Source: an uncultured Clostridia bacterium (GTDB lineage Bacteria > Bacillota > Clostridia > Oscillospirales > CAG-272). Taken from it: a stretch of DNA of 64,000 bases. Positions within the stretch are counted from its first letter, which is position 1, and every line of letters begins with the position of its first letter. The stretch covers positions 77,508-141,507 of the forward strand of contig CANRMP010000003.1 in NCBI GenBank assembly GCA_947631765.1, written 5' to 3'. The position numbers and the translations under genes are program-made. Of the stretch, positions 20,003 through 29,941 are shown piece after piece. The notes beneath the pieces are model-generated. The model saw only the letters and a list, made by a program, of their open reading frames with translations. It made no database searches and had not been told where the DNA came from.

Positions 20003-21322
20003 ATGTCTTGCCGCAAGGTTATATGCGGATTTTTGACATTACTTTTATTTTTGTCCCTTTTTAAAAGCCCCACAGCCTTTGCTATGCCGCAAAAAGCGGG
20101 CGTTTTTAAAGATTACAAGAGAGTTGCAGCAGTTAAATATGATACTTTATCGGCACAAAATATGATAAATAATATTTCAGACACAAACACAAATTGGACG
20201 GTAAAATGCCGCACCTATGTATCCCTCAGAGTAAAGCCTGCGTTTAAAGCCAAGACGATTTTAAGAATAAAAAGCGGCGAGCAGGTCTCGCTTATTTCCT
20301 TCAAGGGTCGCTTTGCCAAGGTCAGTTACGAAAAAGGCGGAAAAATCTATACGGGTTATATACTCGGAATATATATGGTTCTGCCCGACGAGCGTTCATA
20401 CAAAGCTGAGCTTGAAACGGTAAAGCCCGTCTTTCTCTATTCCTACGAGCAGATGCTCTCGGATCTTGAAACTCTTTCAAAAAAGTATCCCGAAAGACTG
20501 AGTATTTGCTCGGTAGGGCGCTCGGAGGAAGGAAGAGAGCTTGTCCTTGCCGTCATGGGCAACCCTAAGGCTGAAAACAAAATACTGATCCACGCGGCAA
20601 TTCACGCCAGAGAATACATCACAACCACGCTTGTAATGGCGCAAATGGACTATATGCTCTCCCACGAGAATTTACTCTATAGCGGCACAGATATAAGTAT
20701 CGGACGGCTGCTTGACTGCACCTGTTTTTGCATTCTTCCGATGGTCAATCCGGACGGAGTAAATATTGTGCAAAGTCGAATATTGCCGCAAATGTTCAAG
20801 GACAAATACTCCCAAAAGATCGCCTCGTTGTGGAAGGCAAATGCAAAGGGTATAGACCTTAACGCCAATTTTGACGCCGACTGGGAGGACTATGCATTCC
20901 ATGCGGCAAATGAGAGAGGACCGTACAGATACAAGGGTGAGGCACCCGAGTGCGCCGCGGAATCAAAGGCACTTGCCGATTATATGCGCAAGAACAAATT
21001 TTCCTTAACGCTCAGCTATCACACAACCGGCTCTGTAATATACAGCGCGTACGGCGACAATACAAAAATAAACGCAAAAGGACGGGAGCTTGCAGAGCTT
21101 ATATGCCAACAATCAGGATTTAATCTCAACACTCAGACAAAAGGGAGCACCGCCGGGTTTAAGGACTGGGCTATTGAAAAATGCTCCACCCCTTCCCTGA
21201 CTATTGAATTTGCCACATACAAAAACCCGATAGATATTCAGGAGTTTTCAAACATATGGTACAGAGGAAGGGATATCCCGATAATCTCCGCAATGTGGTT
21301 ATTACAGTCAAACAACAAGTAA
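20003..21322 (+). CDS. Secreted SH3 + M14 zinc carboxypeptidase (gamma-D-Glu-mDAP peptidase-like)
   Basis: Signal peptide; VSLRVKP SH3b; IHARE, PMVNPDG, WKANAKGIDLNANF, SYHT, TIE. Confidence 0.85.
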   Translation: MSCRKVICGFLTLLLFLSLFKSPTAFAMPQKAGVFKDYKRVAAVKYDTLSAQNMINNISDTNTNWTVKCRTYVSLRVKPAFKAKTILRIKSGEQVSLISFKGRFAKVSYEKGGKIYTGYILGIYMVLPDERSYKAELETVKPVFLYSYEQMLSDLETLSKKYPERLSICSVGRSEEGRELVLAVMGNPKAENKILIHAAIHAREYITTTLVMAQMDYMLSHENLLYSGTDISIGRLLDCTCFCILPMVNPDGVNIVQSRILPQMFKDKYSQKIASLWKANAKGIDLNANFDADWEDYAFHAANERGPYRYKGEAPECAAESKALADYMRKNKFSLTLSYHTTGSVIYSAYGDNTKINAKGRELAELICQQSGFNLNTQTKGSTAGFKDWAIEKCSTPSLTIEFATYKNPIDIQEFSNIWYRGRDIPIISAMWLLQSNNK

Positions 21323-21399
21323 ATATTATAAAATCTGTCGCAAAATTTTGCGGCAGGTTTTCTTTATTTGACTTTATGCCGTAATTTAATCAAAAAATG

Positions 21400-21428
21400 T
21401 TGACACAACCTAAAATATTTGGTATAAT
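21400..21428 (+). promoter_or_regulatory. Sigma-A promoter of alaS
   Basis: TTGACA-17-TATAAT. Confidence 0.85.
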
Positions 21429-21474
21429 GTTTTGATAAAAAAGTTTTACAATGAAGCTTACGGAGGAAAACGAC

Positions 21475-24105
21475 ATGAAGTGGACGTCGCTGAATGATAT
21501 AAGAGAAAAATACCTCTCATTTTTTGAATCCAAGGGACATTTGAGGCACAAGTCCTTCCCGTTGGTGCCGATAAACGATAAGTCGGTACTGCTTATAAAC
21601 GCGGGAATGACGCCATTAAAAAAATACTTTACGGGTGAGCTTGAGCCGCCGCGGCACAGAATGACCACCTGTCAGAAATGCATAAGAACGCCGGACATCG
21701 ACCGTGTGGGCATCACCGCAAGACACGGAACGTATTTTGAAATGCTCGGTAACTTTTCCTTTGGTGACTACTTTAAAAACGAGGCTATAAGCTGGGCATG
21801 GGAGTTTGTCACAAAGGTGCTTGAAATGCCCGAGGATAAGCTTTGGGCAACTATATATTCCGAGGACGACGAAGCGTTTGATATCTGGACAAAGGTTATA
21901 GGTATGCCTGAAAACAAAATCGTCAGACTTGGCAAAGAGGATAACTTTTGGGAACACGGTCAGGGTCCCTGCGGTCCGTGCTCCGAAATATACTTTGACA
22001 GAGGTCCCGAATTCGGCTGCGGCAGACCCGACTGCAAGCCCGGCTGTGACTGCGACAGGTACATGGAATTCTGGAACCTCGTGTTCACGCAGTTTGACAA
22101 TGACGGAAACAACAATTATACAAGGCTGAAAAATCCCAACATCGACACCGGTATGGGACTTGAGCGCCTTGCCTGCATTATGCAGGGAGTCAACAACCTT
22201 TTCGAGGTCGATACGGTACGCAACATCATGTTTGCCGTATCGGAGAAAGCGGGAATAGAATACGGGAAGGACCAAAAGGCGGATATTTCCCTGCGCGTTA
22301 TTACCGACCATATACGCTCCACCGCTTTTATGGTGTGCGACGGTATAATCCCGTCAAACGAAGGAAGAGGCTATGTGCTTCGCCGTCTGCTTCGCCGCGC
22401 CGCAAGACATGGCAGGCTGCTTGGCATCAAGGGACTTTTCCTTGCCGATCTTGTTGACGTGGTGGCAAGAGAAAACCTTTCCGAATATCCCGAGCTTACT
22501 GAAAAGCTCGCGTATATTAAAAAAATAATCAGCATTGAAGAGCAAAAGTTTGCCGCCACAATCGACTCGGGGCTTGAAATACTCAAAGCGCTCACGGACA
22601 AAGCAATATCAAATAACAGCCAATGCCTTGAAAGCGCCGAGGTATTTAAGCTTTACGACACGTTCGGATTTCCGGTTGACTTGACGCGTGAAATTGCCGC
22701 CGAGAAGGGACTTTCAATCAATGAGGACGAGTTTGCAAGGCTGATGAAGGAGCAAAGGGAGCGGGCAAGAAGCGCAAGAGCGAATATCAGCGGCTGGAGC
22801 AGTGATTCAAAGGAGATTATTTCCGGCTTTGAAAAGACGAAATTCCTCGGCTACACCGAGAACTCCTGCAAAGCGACAATTCTCGGAATAAACGTTGACA
22901 ATATGGCGCTTGACGAGGTAAGTGAGGGCGAATTTTCTCTCATAACCGACCAAACGGTGTTTTACGGCGAAGGCGGCGGACAGGTTGGAGATTCGGGCGT
23001 CGGGCATGGAAACGATTTTGAAATCACAATTGAGGACACGAAGAAAATTGACGGAGTGTACATTCATCTTTGCACTCTCACAAGCGGAATTATTAAGGTC
23101 GGGGACAGTATAAAGCTTGAAATTAACGCAGCTCGCCGCGCCGCGATAAAAAGAAATCACACGGCGTGCCACATGCTTCAGGCGGCGCTGAGAACCGTTC
23201 TTGGCAAACACGTCGAACAGGCGGGTTCGTACGTTGACGAGCACAGAGTGAGATTTGACTTTACGCACTTTGCGCCGGTTAGCGACAATGAGCTTGCAAA
23301 GGTCGAAGAGCTTGTAAACGAGCAGATTATGCTTTCCTCCGAGGTAAAAACAGTCGAAACCGACCTTGAAAGCGCAAAGAAGGAAGGAGCCATGGCTCTG
23401 TTCGGCGAAAAATACGGCGATGTTGTCAGAATGGTCAAGGTATCCGACTTTTCAACCGAGCTTTGCGGAGGTACGCACGTTTCAAACACCGGAAATATCG
23501 GGCTTTTCAAAATTATTTCGGAAGCGTCTGTAGCCTCGGGTATAAGAAGAATAGAAGCTACCACGGGCCGTGGCGTGCTTGCCCTTATCGAGGAAAAGAA
23601 CAGCCTGCTTGAGACGGCGGCAAAAGAGTTAAAATGCCCTGCGGCGTCTGATATTCCGAAACGCATCGAAGCCTTGCAGAGCGAGCTTAAGGCGGCAAAT
23701 TCGGAAATCGAAGCGCTTGAAGCGAAAATGGCGCTTGCAAAGCTTGATGACATTGCAAAAAATGCGGAAAATATCAAGGGCGTCTCTCTCTTCAAGGGAA
23801 AAATCGAGGGAACCTCAATAGATGCGGTTCGAAACATCTGCGACGATATCAAAGCCAAAAATTCAGCCTCTGTGACGGTAATTGCCCTTGTTGCAAACGG
23901 AAAGCTCAACTTTGTTTGCTCTTGCGGCAAGGAGGCAATTGCAAAGGGAGCAGCTGCCGGCATGATTGTCAAGAACGTTGCGGCAATTTGCGGCGGAGGC
24001 GGCGGAGGCAGACCGGACAGCGCCACTGCCGGAGGCAAGGATCTTTCAAAAGTCGACGAAGCGCTTTCAAGCCTTGCTTCGATAGTCGAAAAATATATCG
24101 TATAA
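21475..24105 (+). CDS. alaS: Alanine--tRNA ligase
   Basis: NAGM, FEMLGNFSFGDYFK, IDTGMGLER, NHTACH, ELCGGTH, GGGGRP. Confidence 0.98.
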   Translation: MKWTSLNDIREKYLSFFESKGHLRHKSFPLVPINDKSVLLINAGMTPLKKYFTGELEPPRHRMTTCQKCIRTPDIDRVGITARHGTYFEMLGNFSFGDYFKNEAISWAWEFVTKVLEMPEDKLWATIYSEDDEAFDIWTKVIGMPENKIVRLGKEDNFWEHGQGPCGPCSEIYFDRGPEFGCGRPDCKPGCDCDRYMEFWNLVFTQFDNDGNNNYTRLKNPNIDTGMGLERLACIMQGVNNLFEVDTVRNIMFAVSEKAGIEYGKDQKADISLRVITDHIRSTAFMVCDGIIPSNEGRGYVLRRLLRRAARHGRLLGIKGLFLADLVDVVARENLSEYPELTEKLAYIKKIISIEEQKFAATIDSGLEILKALTDKAISNNSQCLESAEVFKLYDTFGFPVDLTREIAAEKGLSINEDEFARLMKEQRERARSARANISGWSSDSKEIISGFEKTKFLGYTENSCKATILGINVDNMALDEVSEGEFSLITDQTVFYGEGGGQVGDSGVGHGNDFEITIEDTKKIDGVYIHLCTLTSGIIKVGDSIKLEINAARRAAIKRNHTACHMLQAALRTVLGKHVEQAGSYVDEHRVRFDFTHFAPVSDNELAKVEELVNEQIMLSSEVKTVETDLESAKKEGAMALFGEKYGDVVRMVKVSDFSTELCGGTHVSNTGNIGLFKIISEASVASGIRRIEATTGRGVLALIEEKNSLLETAAKELKCPAASDIPKRIEALQSELKAANSEIEALEAKMALAKLDDIAKNAENIKGVSLFKGKIEGTSIDAVRNICDDIKAKNSASVTVIALVANGKLNFVCSCGKEAIAKGAAAGMIVKNVAAICGGGGGGRPDSATAGGKDLSKVDEALSSLASIVEKYIV

Positions 24106-24175
24106 AATTAAATTCAGCCCCGTTCCAAATGCCAACGCAATCGGACGGGGTTGAAAAATTTGTAAAGCTCCGAAT

Positions 24176-24724
24176 TTAAAGCTCTCTGTACTTTGCTTTC
24201 AGTTCATTGAGCTTTTTTGTGTATTTTTCTCTTTCTGATAATATATTTGTTATTTGCTCTTCAAGCTCTTCCCTTTTTAATAAACTATCATTGTATTTTG
24301 TCTCGCATTTTTTAAGCCTGTCTTCGTATTTATCGGTATTTAAAAAATATCCGACGGAAAAGATCGAAATCGCCAAAAATGAAGCACCGTGGCAAAAAAA
24401 ACAAAAATACGCCGAGATTGAATACAAAAACATTGCAAGAAAAAACAGCGGCAAGATAAGCGCAAGCATTAAGGCGGCGTATTTCCCGTATTTTTGCATA
24501 AACAAATTCTCGCGGCACCGCACCGAGTACAGCATTAGCTTTGAGCTGAGCCTTAGCTCCTCCTTGCGAACCCCGCCGATACTCTTTTTAAGCGACCTTA
24601 ATTTTTCGTTTACGGAGACAGGCTTGCTTTCACAGTCGCGCGTTGTCCCCTCGTCGTACTTAAAATACGCCTTTGAGGCAACCGGCACGAATGCTTTATT
24701 ATTCTCTTGCTTTACGTTGTGCAT
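24176..24724 (-). CDS. Hypothetical coiled-coil/2TM/coiled-coil protein (paralog A)
   Basis: Central hydrophobic hairpin flanked by charged heptads; consensus promoter upstream. Confidence 0.7.
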   Translation of the reverse strand: MHNVKQENNKAFVPVASKAYFKYDEGTTRDCESKPVSVNEKLRSLKKSIGGVRKEELRLSSKLMLYSVRCRENLFMQKYGKYAALMLALILPLFFLAMFLYSISAYFCFFCHGASFLAISIFSVGYFLNTDKYEDRLKKCETKYNDSLLKREELEEQITNILSEREKYTKKLNELKAKYREL

Positions 24725-24812
24725 AATTTTTATGCGGCCCTTTCGGCATAAATATAGGAGAATCATTTTATTTTTTTATCGTTTTTCATAAAAAATGTCT
24801 CATATAGCGCCG

Positions 24813-24841
24813 ATTATATCATATTATTCCGCTCTTGTCAA
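24813..24841 (-). promoter_or_regulatory. Sigma-A promoter of paralog A
   Basis: TTGACA-17-TATAAT with TG on the minus strand. Confidence 0.8.
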
Positions 24842-24972
24842 GTAAAAATATCATTAATGATAATTCAATATTGATTAAAGCCATTTATAATATATACAGG
24901 TATAATTTATTTCGGAACGTATCAATTTATTTATTCATCTTTGTCCGGAAGAAAAAGGAGTCCCTGCACAAA

Positions 24973-25281
24973 ATGATCGCAGACACAATCAAATCTCTCA
25001 GGGAAAACGCGGGATATACGCAGGCGGAGCTTGCCAAAAAGCTTTGTATCACCCGTTCAAGTGTAAATGCGTGGGAAATGGGCATTTCGGTTCCCACAAC
25101 GCAGTTTGTTATTGAGCTTGCAAATATTTTCGGTGTTTCAACAGACTATATTCTTGAAGTTTCAAAGAATTACAGCGTTAGTCTTGACAAACTCAATGAA
25201 ACCCAGAAATCAATTGTTTTGTCGCTTGTCGCGTATTTTGATTCTCTCAATTCCGCAGACAGCCGAGAAACGGGTCGCTGA
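24973..25281 (+). CDS. XRE-family HTH transcriptional regulator
   Basis: IKSLRE..GYTQAELAKKL.ITRSSVNAWEMG.S.P, FGVSTDYIL; AAGGAG RBS. Confidence 0.93.
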   Translation: MIADTIKSLRENAGYTQAELAKKLCITRSSVNAWEMGISVPTTQFVIELANIFGVSTDYILEVSKNYSVSLDKLNETQKSIVLSLVAYFDSLNSADSRETGR

Positions 25282-25294
25282 TAAGATTATTTTG

Positions 25295-25855
25295 TCAGAA
25301 ATCGAAAAAATCCTTGTATTTTTCGCATAATTTATCATATTTGCTTATGTAATAATTCGTTTTTTCAATACATATTTCTATTTCCTTTTCAAGCCTTTGC
25401 TTTTCCGCGTGGTACTTACCTATCATTTCACGGCACTTTTTTGCCTCTTCCTTATATGCGGCGTATTTTGCAAAATATATCACCGAAAGGAGCAAAATAC
25501 CAAGCGAGAGCGCGCAAAGAATTATCGCTAAAACGTCAAGCGTTTTATAGCTTGCGGCAAAAAGCCCAAGCATTACGGGGGAAATAATGGCGGCAAAGGC
25601 TGCGTACTTTTTTGCCCGTATCTTCTTTTTTAGAGTATCCCGTCTGTTCTTATACTCCGAAATTAACCTTTTAGCGCTATCATACTCCCGTCTTTTGCGA
25701 GCGCAGATATTCCTTTCGATTTTTTCACATTCCCTGCATTGTTCAATTTTACATAAGAGGGCGTATTGACCTTTTGGCGCGGTGTTTTCATTTTTTGTTT
25801 CGGGAGGCGGCGGCTCAAATTTAAATTCTTTTTCACAAACGATTGTTTTTGACAT
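25295..25855 (-). CDS. Hypothetical coiled-coil/2TM/coiled-coil protein (paralog B)
   Basis: Same architecture and shared motifs with 24176-24724. Confidence 0.72.
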   Translation of the reverse strand: MSKTIVCEKEFKFEPPPPETKNENTAPKGQYALLCKIEQCRECEKIERNICARKRREYDSAKRLISEYKNRRDTLKKKIRAKKYAAFAAIISPVMLGLFAASYKTLDVLAIILCALSLGILLLSVIYFAKYAAYKEEAKKCREMIGKYHAEKQRLEKEIEICIEKTNYYISKYDKLCEKYKDFFDF

Positions 25856-25977
25856 ATTATTTATTCCTTTTTCCTATAATCTTTATCAATACTCGGTTGA
25901 TTTACGGCGCAAATAGTGATATAATGTATGTTCGAATAGGTATATAAACCATCCAATCCGAAAGGGCGGGTATCGAC

Positions 25978-26760
25978 ATGCGCCGCAGTGAAGCTGTAAA
26001 ATATGCCTTCTTTATCGACATAGACGGCACGCTGGTTTGGGGAGACTATGCTCCCCCGAAAAATATCGAAGCTATAAAAAGAGCAAGAAGCGACGGACAC
26101 CTTGTCCTTCTCAACACCGGACGTGCCCTCGGCTTTATTCCTCCCTTTGTTATCGACACATTTGAGCTTGACGGAATAGTCGCAGGCTCGGGTGCGTACT
26201 GCTCCCTCAAAGGCCGGGTAATAAAATCGGATGAGATTCCAAAGGACATGCTGTGCATCGTTTTCGACTTTCTTTCAGAAAGAGGACGGGATTTCATTTT
26301 TGAAGGAGAGAGCACGGTGCTTGTGCATAAGAAAAACGCAAAAAGCGCGCGCTTCCCTGTTCTTTCGAGCGCCGACCAGCTTTTCGGGATATACAAAGAA
26401 GTGCGTGTTGAAAAGATAAACATACCGGGCGTTCTTGACAAAGAAGAATTTGATTTCCTTAACGGTATGCTCTTTGCCCTTCAGCAGAGCGATTACGCCG
26501 AGTGCGCCATAAAGGGCTACGACAAGGCGACCGGCATGAAGGTCGTTATGACTGCTCTTCCTCCGGAATTTAAGTGTGTTGCCGTCGGCGACAGCTTTAA
26601 TGATATTGAGATGCTTGAAGCGGCGGATATATCCGCGGCAATGGGCAATTCTCCCGAGTCTGTGAAGGCGCTGTGCGATATAGTCACATGCGGCGCGAAA
26701 GAGGCGGGACTTGCCATGGCGATCGGGAATATTCTCGGGTATAGCGAGTTTACATCATAA
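25978..26760 (+). CDS. Cof-type HAD-IIB hydrolase
   Basis: DIDGTL, NTGR, DKATG, GDSFNDIEML, AMGN. Confidence 0.9.
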   Translation: MRRSEAVKYAFFIDIDGTLVWGDYAPPKNIEAIKRARSDGHLVLLNTGRALGFIPPFVIDTFELDGIVAGSGAYCSLKGRVIKSDEIPKDMLCIVFDFLSERGRDFIFEGESTVLVHKKNAKSARFPVLSSADQLFGIYKEVRVEKINIPGVLDKEEFDFLNGMLFALQQSDYAECAIKGYDKATGMKVVMTALPPEFKCVAVGDSFNDIEMLEAADISAAMGNSPESVKALCDIVTCGAKEAGLAMAIGNILGYSEFTS

Positions 26761-26774
26761 AGGAGGACTATAAT

Positions 26775-27233
26775 ATGCAGAAAATCACATCATTTACAAT
26801 TGACCACGACTTGATCGAACCCGGAATTTATATCTCAAGAATTGATTCGGACATCATCACCTTTGATTTAAGGACCAGAAAGCCGAATTCGGGAAACTAC
26901 ATGGACAATGTGACAATGCACACTGTTGAGCACATGTTTGCAACCTTTATCCGAAACAGCGAGATAGGTTCGAAAATCATTTATTTCGGTCCTATGGGCT
27001 GTCAGACAGGCTTTTATTTGCTTGTGCGGAACTTTTCCCCGAGTCTCACCGTAAAATTCGTCATTGAGACGCTCGAGAAGATAGTAAACTACGAGGGACC
27101 CGTTTTCGGAGCGACCCGCAAGGAATGCGGAAATTATCAAAATCTTGACCTTGAAAGCGCCAAAAGAGAGTGCGCGGCGTATCTTGAGGTCCTCAAAAAT
27201 TCAAACAACAATTTAAAATACGACAATTATTAA
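26775..27233 (+). CDS. luxS: S-ribosylhomocysteine lyase
   Basis: SFTIDH, HTVEH, GPMGCQTGFY, CGNY. Confidence 0.96.
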   Translation: MQKITSFTIDHDLIEPGIYISRIDSDIITFDLRTRKPNSGNYMDNVTMHTVEHMFATFIRNSEIGSKIIYFGPMGCQTGFYLLVRNFSPSLTVKFVIETLEKIVNYEGPVFGATRKECGNYQNLDLESAKRECAAYLEVLKNSNNNLKYDNY

Positions 27234-27277
27234 ATATAGAATTAAGATTAGTGTTTAGTGTAAGGAGATGTAATTAT

Positions 27278-28003
27278 ATGGTAGGCGTAATCGGAGCCAT
27301 GGATTCAGAGGTTAAACTTTTAATAGAAAATATCAGGGACAGGAGACAAACCTTCTATGCGGGAACGGTTTTTTGCAGCGGAAAGCTCTGGGGAAACGAC
27401 GTTGTAATTGCAAAATGCGGTATTGGAAAGGTTTGCGCGGCAATGTGCACCGAGGTCATGATTGACGTTTATCATGCAAACTGCGTCATCAATACCGGTG
27501 TTGCGGGCGGAATTGCCCCCGACCTTGAGGTCGGCGACTTTGTCATTGCAGACAAGCTTTTGCAGTATGACTTTAATATCAGCGCCTTGGGCTGTGTACC
27601 CGGCTATATGCCCTGCGAGGAGTTTATTTCAAAAACTCCCGACAAAAGCACCCCCACGGTATTTAACGCCGACAAACAGCTTGTAAGCAGGCTTCAGGAA
27701 GCGGCGCGGGTTGCGGGATGCAGCAAGGTGCACGTCGGAACCATCGCTTCCGCCGACACGTTTTTGGCAGACAACCGCAAGAAGGCTGAGCTTTACAACA
27801 AATATTCCGCTTTTGCCACCGATATGGAGGGAGCCGCAGTTGCTCAAACCGCAACCCTTTCACGCGTGCCCTTTGCCGTGGTGCGGGCTATAAGCGACCT
27901 TGCCGACAAGAACGCGACGGTCAGCTATGCGGAATTTGAGAAAAACGCCGCCGAGCTTTCCGCTACCATTCTTACTGATATGTTCCGCTCAATTTGGCGT
28001 TAA
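27278..28003 (+). CDS. mtnN: MTA/SAH nucleosidase
   Basis: GVIGAM..E, GIGKV.AA, INTGVAGG, MEGAAVAQ, RAISD. Confidence 0.93.
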   Translation: MVGVIGAMDSEVKLLIENIRDRRQTFYAGTVFCSGKLWGNDVVIAKCGIGKVCAAMCTEVMIDVYHANCVINTGVAGGIAPDLEVGDFVIADKLLQYDFNISALGCVPGYMPCEEFISKTPDKSTPTVFNADKQLVSRLQEAARVAGCSKVHVGTIASADTFLADNRKKAELYNKYSAFATDMEGAAVAQTATLSRVPFAVVRAISDLADKNATVSYAEFEKNAAELSATILTDMFRSIWR

Positions 28004-28024
28004 CGCATTTTAAATAATTACTTT

Positions 28025-28113
28025 TATTCAGGGAGCTTTTTGAAAAAAGCTCCCTGAATACTTTTTTAAGGAACTTTTTGAAAAAAGTTCCTTAAAAACC
28101 TTCAAAAACTTTT
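28025..28113. repeat. Two tandem REP-like palindromes (CTTTTTGAAAAAAG core)
   Basis: TATTCAGGGAGCTTTTTGAAAAAAGCTCCCTGAATA, then TAAGGAACTTTTTGAAAAAAGTTCCTTA with tail AAAACCTTCAAAAACTTT. Confidence 0.85.
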
Positions 28114-28139
28114 CTTGAAAAGAAAAATTGAATTGCTTT

Positions 28140-29096
28140 TTATGCCGAAAAATGACTTTCGATAATTTTTGAGGTGCCGAGCGGCGAATAGCGCCAATAA
28201 TCCATATGCGCTCTGTCGGGAGAGATATAATATTCAAGCCTCGGATGGCTTTGGTCTGACTTGCAGGCGTCGATTATTACAAGTTTTATTTTCATCCTCT
28301 CGGGTATGATATTTTTTATGTATACCGCAACGCTCTGACCGACTTGTATTCCTTCGCGGTATTCCGCAAGCCCCGCAAGATTCGGGGAAAGCTCGATAAA
28401 TATACCGTACTGCTCCACCGAACGCACAATGCCCATAACCGTCTGACCGGTTTTGAAGGACACTGCGTTTTCCTCCCACGTGCCGAGTAACTCCTTGTGA
28501 GTAACATATATTCTCATCTGCTCTCGGTCAATGCTCTTGACAACCGTCTTTATCTGCATTCCGACGTAAAATCTGTCCCTCGGATGGGAAATTCTCGACA
28601 CCGATATACAGTCTATCGAAAGCAGGGAGGGTATGCCGCATCCGATGTCCACAAAGGCTCCGAAATGTTCAAGATGTGTAATGCGCGCGGGGATTATGTC
28701 GCCGCTGACAAGCGTTGAGAGGTAATTGTTCATGCACTCTATCTGAGCCTGCCTTCTTGAAAGATATGCGACAGTGCCGCCCGCGCCGTCGCTCTCAAGC
28801 CTTATTACCTTAAAGCAAATCGGCTTCCCCACTCTTGATATAATTGCAATATCCTTTACCGGCTCGCCCGAGGGGGAATATATGACCTCGTTTTTGTACA
28901 TGAGTCCCTTAATGTCGCCTCCGAGGTCGACGGTAAGAGTAAGCTCGCTGTCGCACAGAATCGCTGTCGATTCAAGAATTTTTCCCAAAGCCATAGCTCG
29001 CTCAAGCCCCTGCTCTGACGATATGTACTCGCTGTTTTCATGACATCCGATAAGAAGTCCTTCCGGCAAATATTTATTCTCTTTTTCTTTTATCAT
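28140..29096 (-). CDS. S1 RNA-binding domain protein (three S1-like repeats)
   Basis: FGAFVDIG, SRISHP, YGIFIEL S1 motifs; AAGGAG RBS. Confidence 0.85.
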   Translation of the reverse strand: MIKEKENKYLPEGLLIGCHENSEYISSEQGLERAMALGKILESTAILCDSELTLTVDLGGDIKGLMYKNEVIYSPSGEPVKDIAIISRVGKPICFKVIRLESDGAGGTVAYLSRRQAQIECMNNYLSTLVSGDIIPARITHLEHFGAFVDIGCGIPSLLSIDCISVSRISHPRDRFYVGMQIKTVVKSIDREQMRIYVTHKELLGTWEENAVSFKTGQTVMGIVRSVEQYGIFIELSPNLAGLAEYREGIQVGQSVAVYIKNIIPERMKIKLVIIDACKSDQSHPRLEYYISPDRAHMDYWRYSPLGTSKIIESHFSA

Positions 29097-29424
29097 GACA
29101 ATCTCCTTTGTATATTTTAAAATTGCTTCTCGCCGACGCGAAAAGCCACCTGACTTTTTCACCTTTTCTTTTGCTTCCGATATTCATTGTATTATAACCG
29201 GTTTTAAAATATTACCTTGTTTGTACTCGTATGCTTATTTACTTTACTACATTATGCCAAACTGCGCACGCATTAATTGTCGAGTCATGGTAAGCGCAAA
29301 AAAATAATTGTAAATAATTTTGAATTGCAAAGTCAGAAAATCGAAGAAAACAAGAGATTTAACGAGTTTAGACGAGCAAATTGCATATTTTTTTAAATTG
29401 GGATCATTTTTTGATAAAAACCCC

Positions 29425-29453
29425 TTGACAAGCTTTATTCAAAGTGTTATAAT
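29425..29453 (+). promoter_or_regulatory. Sigma-A promoter of rplM-rpsI
   Basis: TTGACA-17-TATAAT with TG. Confidence 0.85.
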
Positions 29454-29498
29454 TGCACCTGTTAATCAGAAGATTTTATATTATCAAGGAGGAAGAAA

Positions 29499-29927
29499 AT
29501 GTCAACATTCATGGCTAAGGCTGAGACAATCGAGCGTAAATGGTACGTCATCGACGCCGCCGGGAAGTCACTGGGTAAAACCGCTGTTGAGGCTGCAAGA
29601 ATTCTTAACGGCAAGCATCGCCCCGAGTACACTCCTCATGCGGACTGCGGTGAATACGTTATTATTATCAACGCTTCAAAGGCAGTTCTCACCGGCAAAA
29701 AGCTCACACAGAAATATTACTACCGTCATTCGGGATACATCGGCGGACTTAAAAAGGTTCAGTACGGCACGCTCATGGCTACAAAGCCCGAGCTTGCAAT
29801 GGAGCTTGCCGTTAAGGGTATGCTCCCCCACAACTCCATTGGCGCAAAGAGCGCCACAAGGCTTCACGTTTACGCAGGCGCGGAGCATCCTCACGCGGCG
29901 CAGAAGCCCGTGACAGTTGAAGGTTAA
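29499..29927 (+). CDS. rplM: 50S ribosomal protein L13
   Basis: [35 protein letters not shown]. Confidence 0.98.
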   Translation: MSTFMAKAETIERKWYVIDAAGKSLGKTAVEAARILNGKHRPEYTPHADCGEYVIIINASKAVLTGKKLTQKYYYRHSGYIGGLKKVQYGTLMATKPELAMELAVKGMLPHNSIGAKSATRLHVYAGAEHPHAAQKPVTVEG

Positions 29928-29941
29928 AGGAGGAATAATCG

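Noticed and set aside
21429-21474. Expected T-box upstream of alaS
   Set aside because: Promoter lies ~45 nt from the start, leaving no room for a leader
23178-24038. Long antisense ORFs opposite alaS, valS, hisD and fusA (245-286 aa)
   Set aside because: Shadow frames of well-conserved genes with no recognisable motifs
24207-24791. 194-aa plus-strand ORF opposite paralog A
   Set aside because: Antisense shadow; the minus-strand ORF has the promoter and a paralog
26775-28003. luxS-mtnN as a quorum-sensing system
   Set aside because: Standard activated-methyl-cycle pair; no AI-2 receptor genes in the window
29320-29913. 197-aa alternative-frame ORF overlapping rplM
   Set aside because: Starts upstream of the promoter with no RBS; typical off-frame product of biased codons
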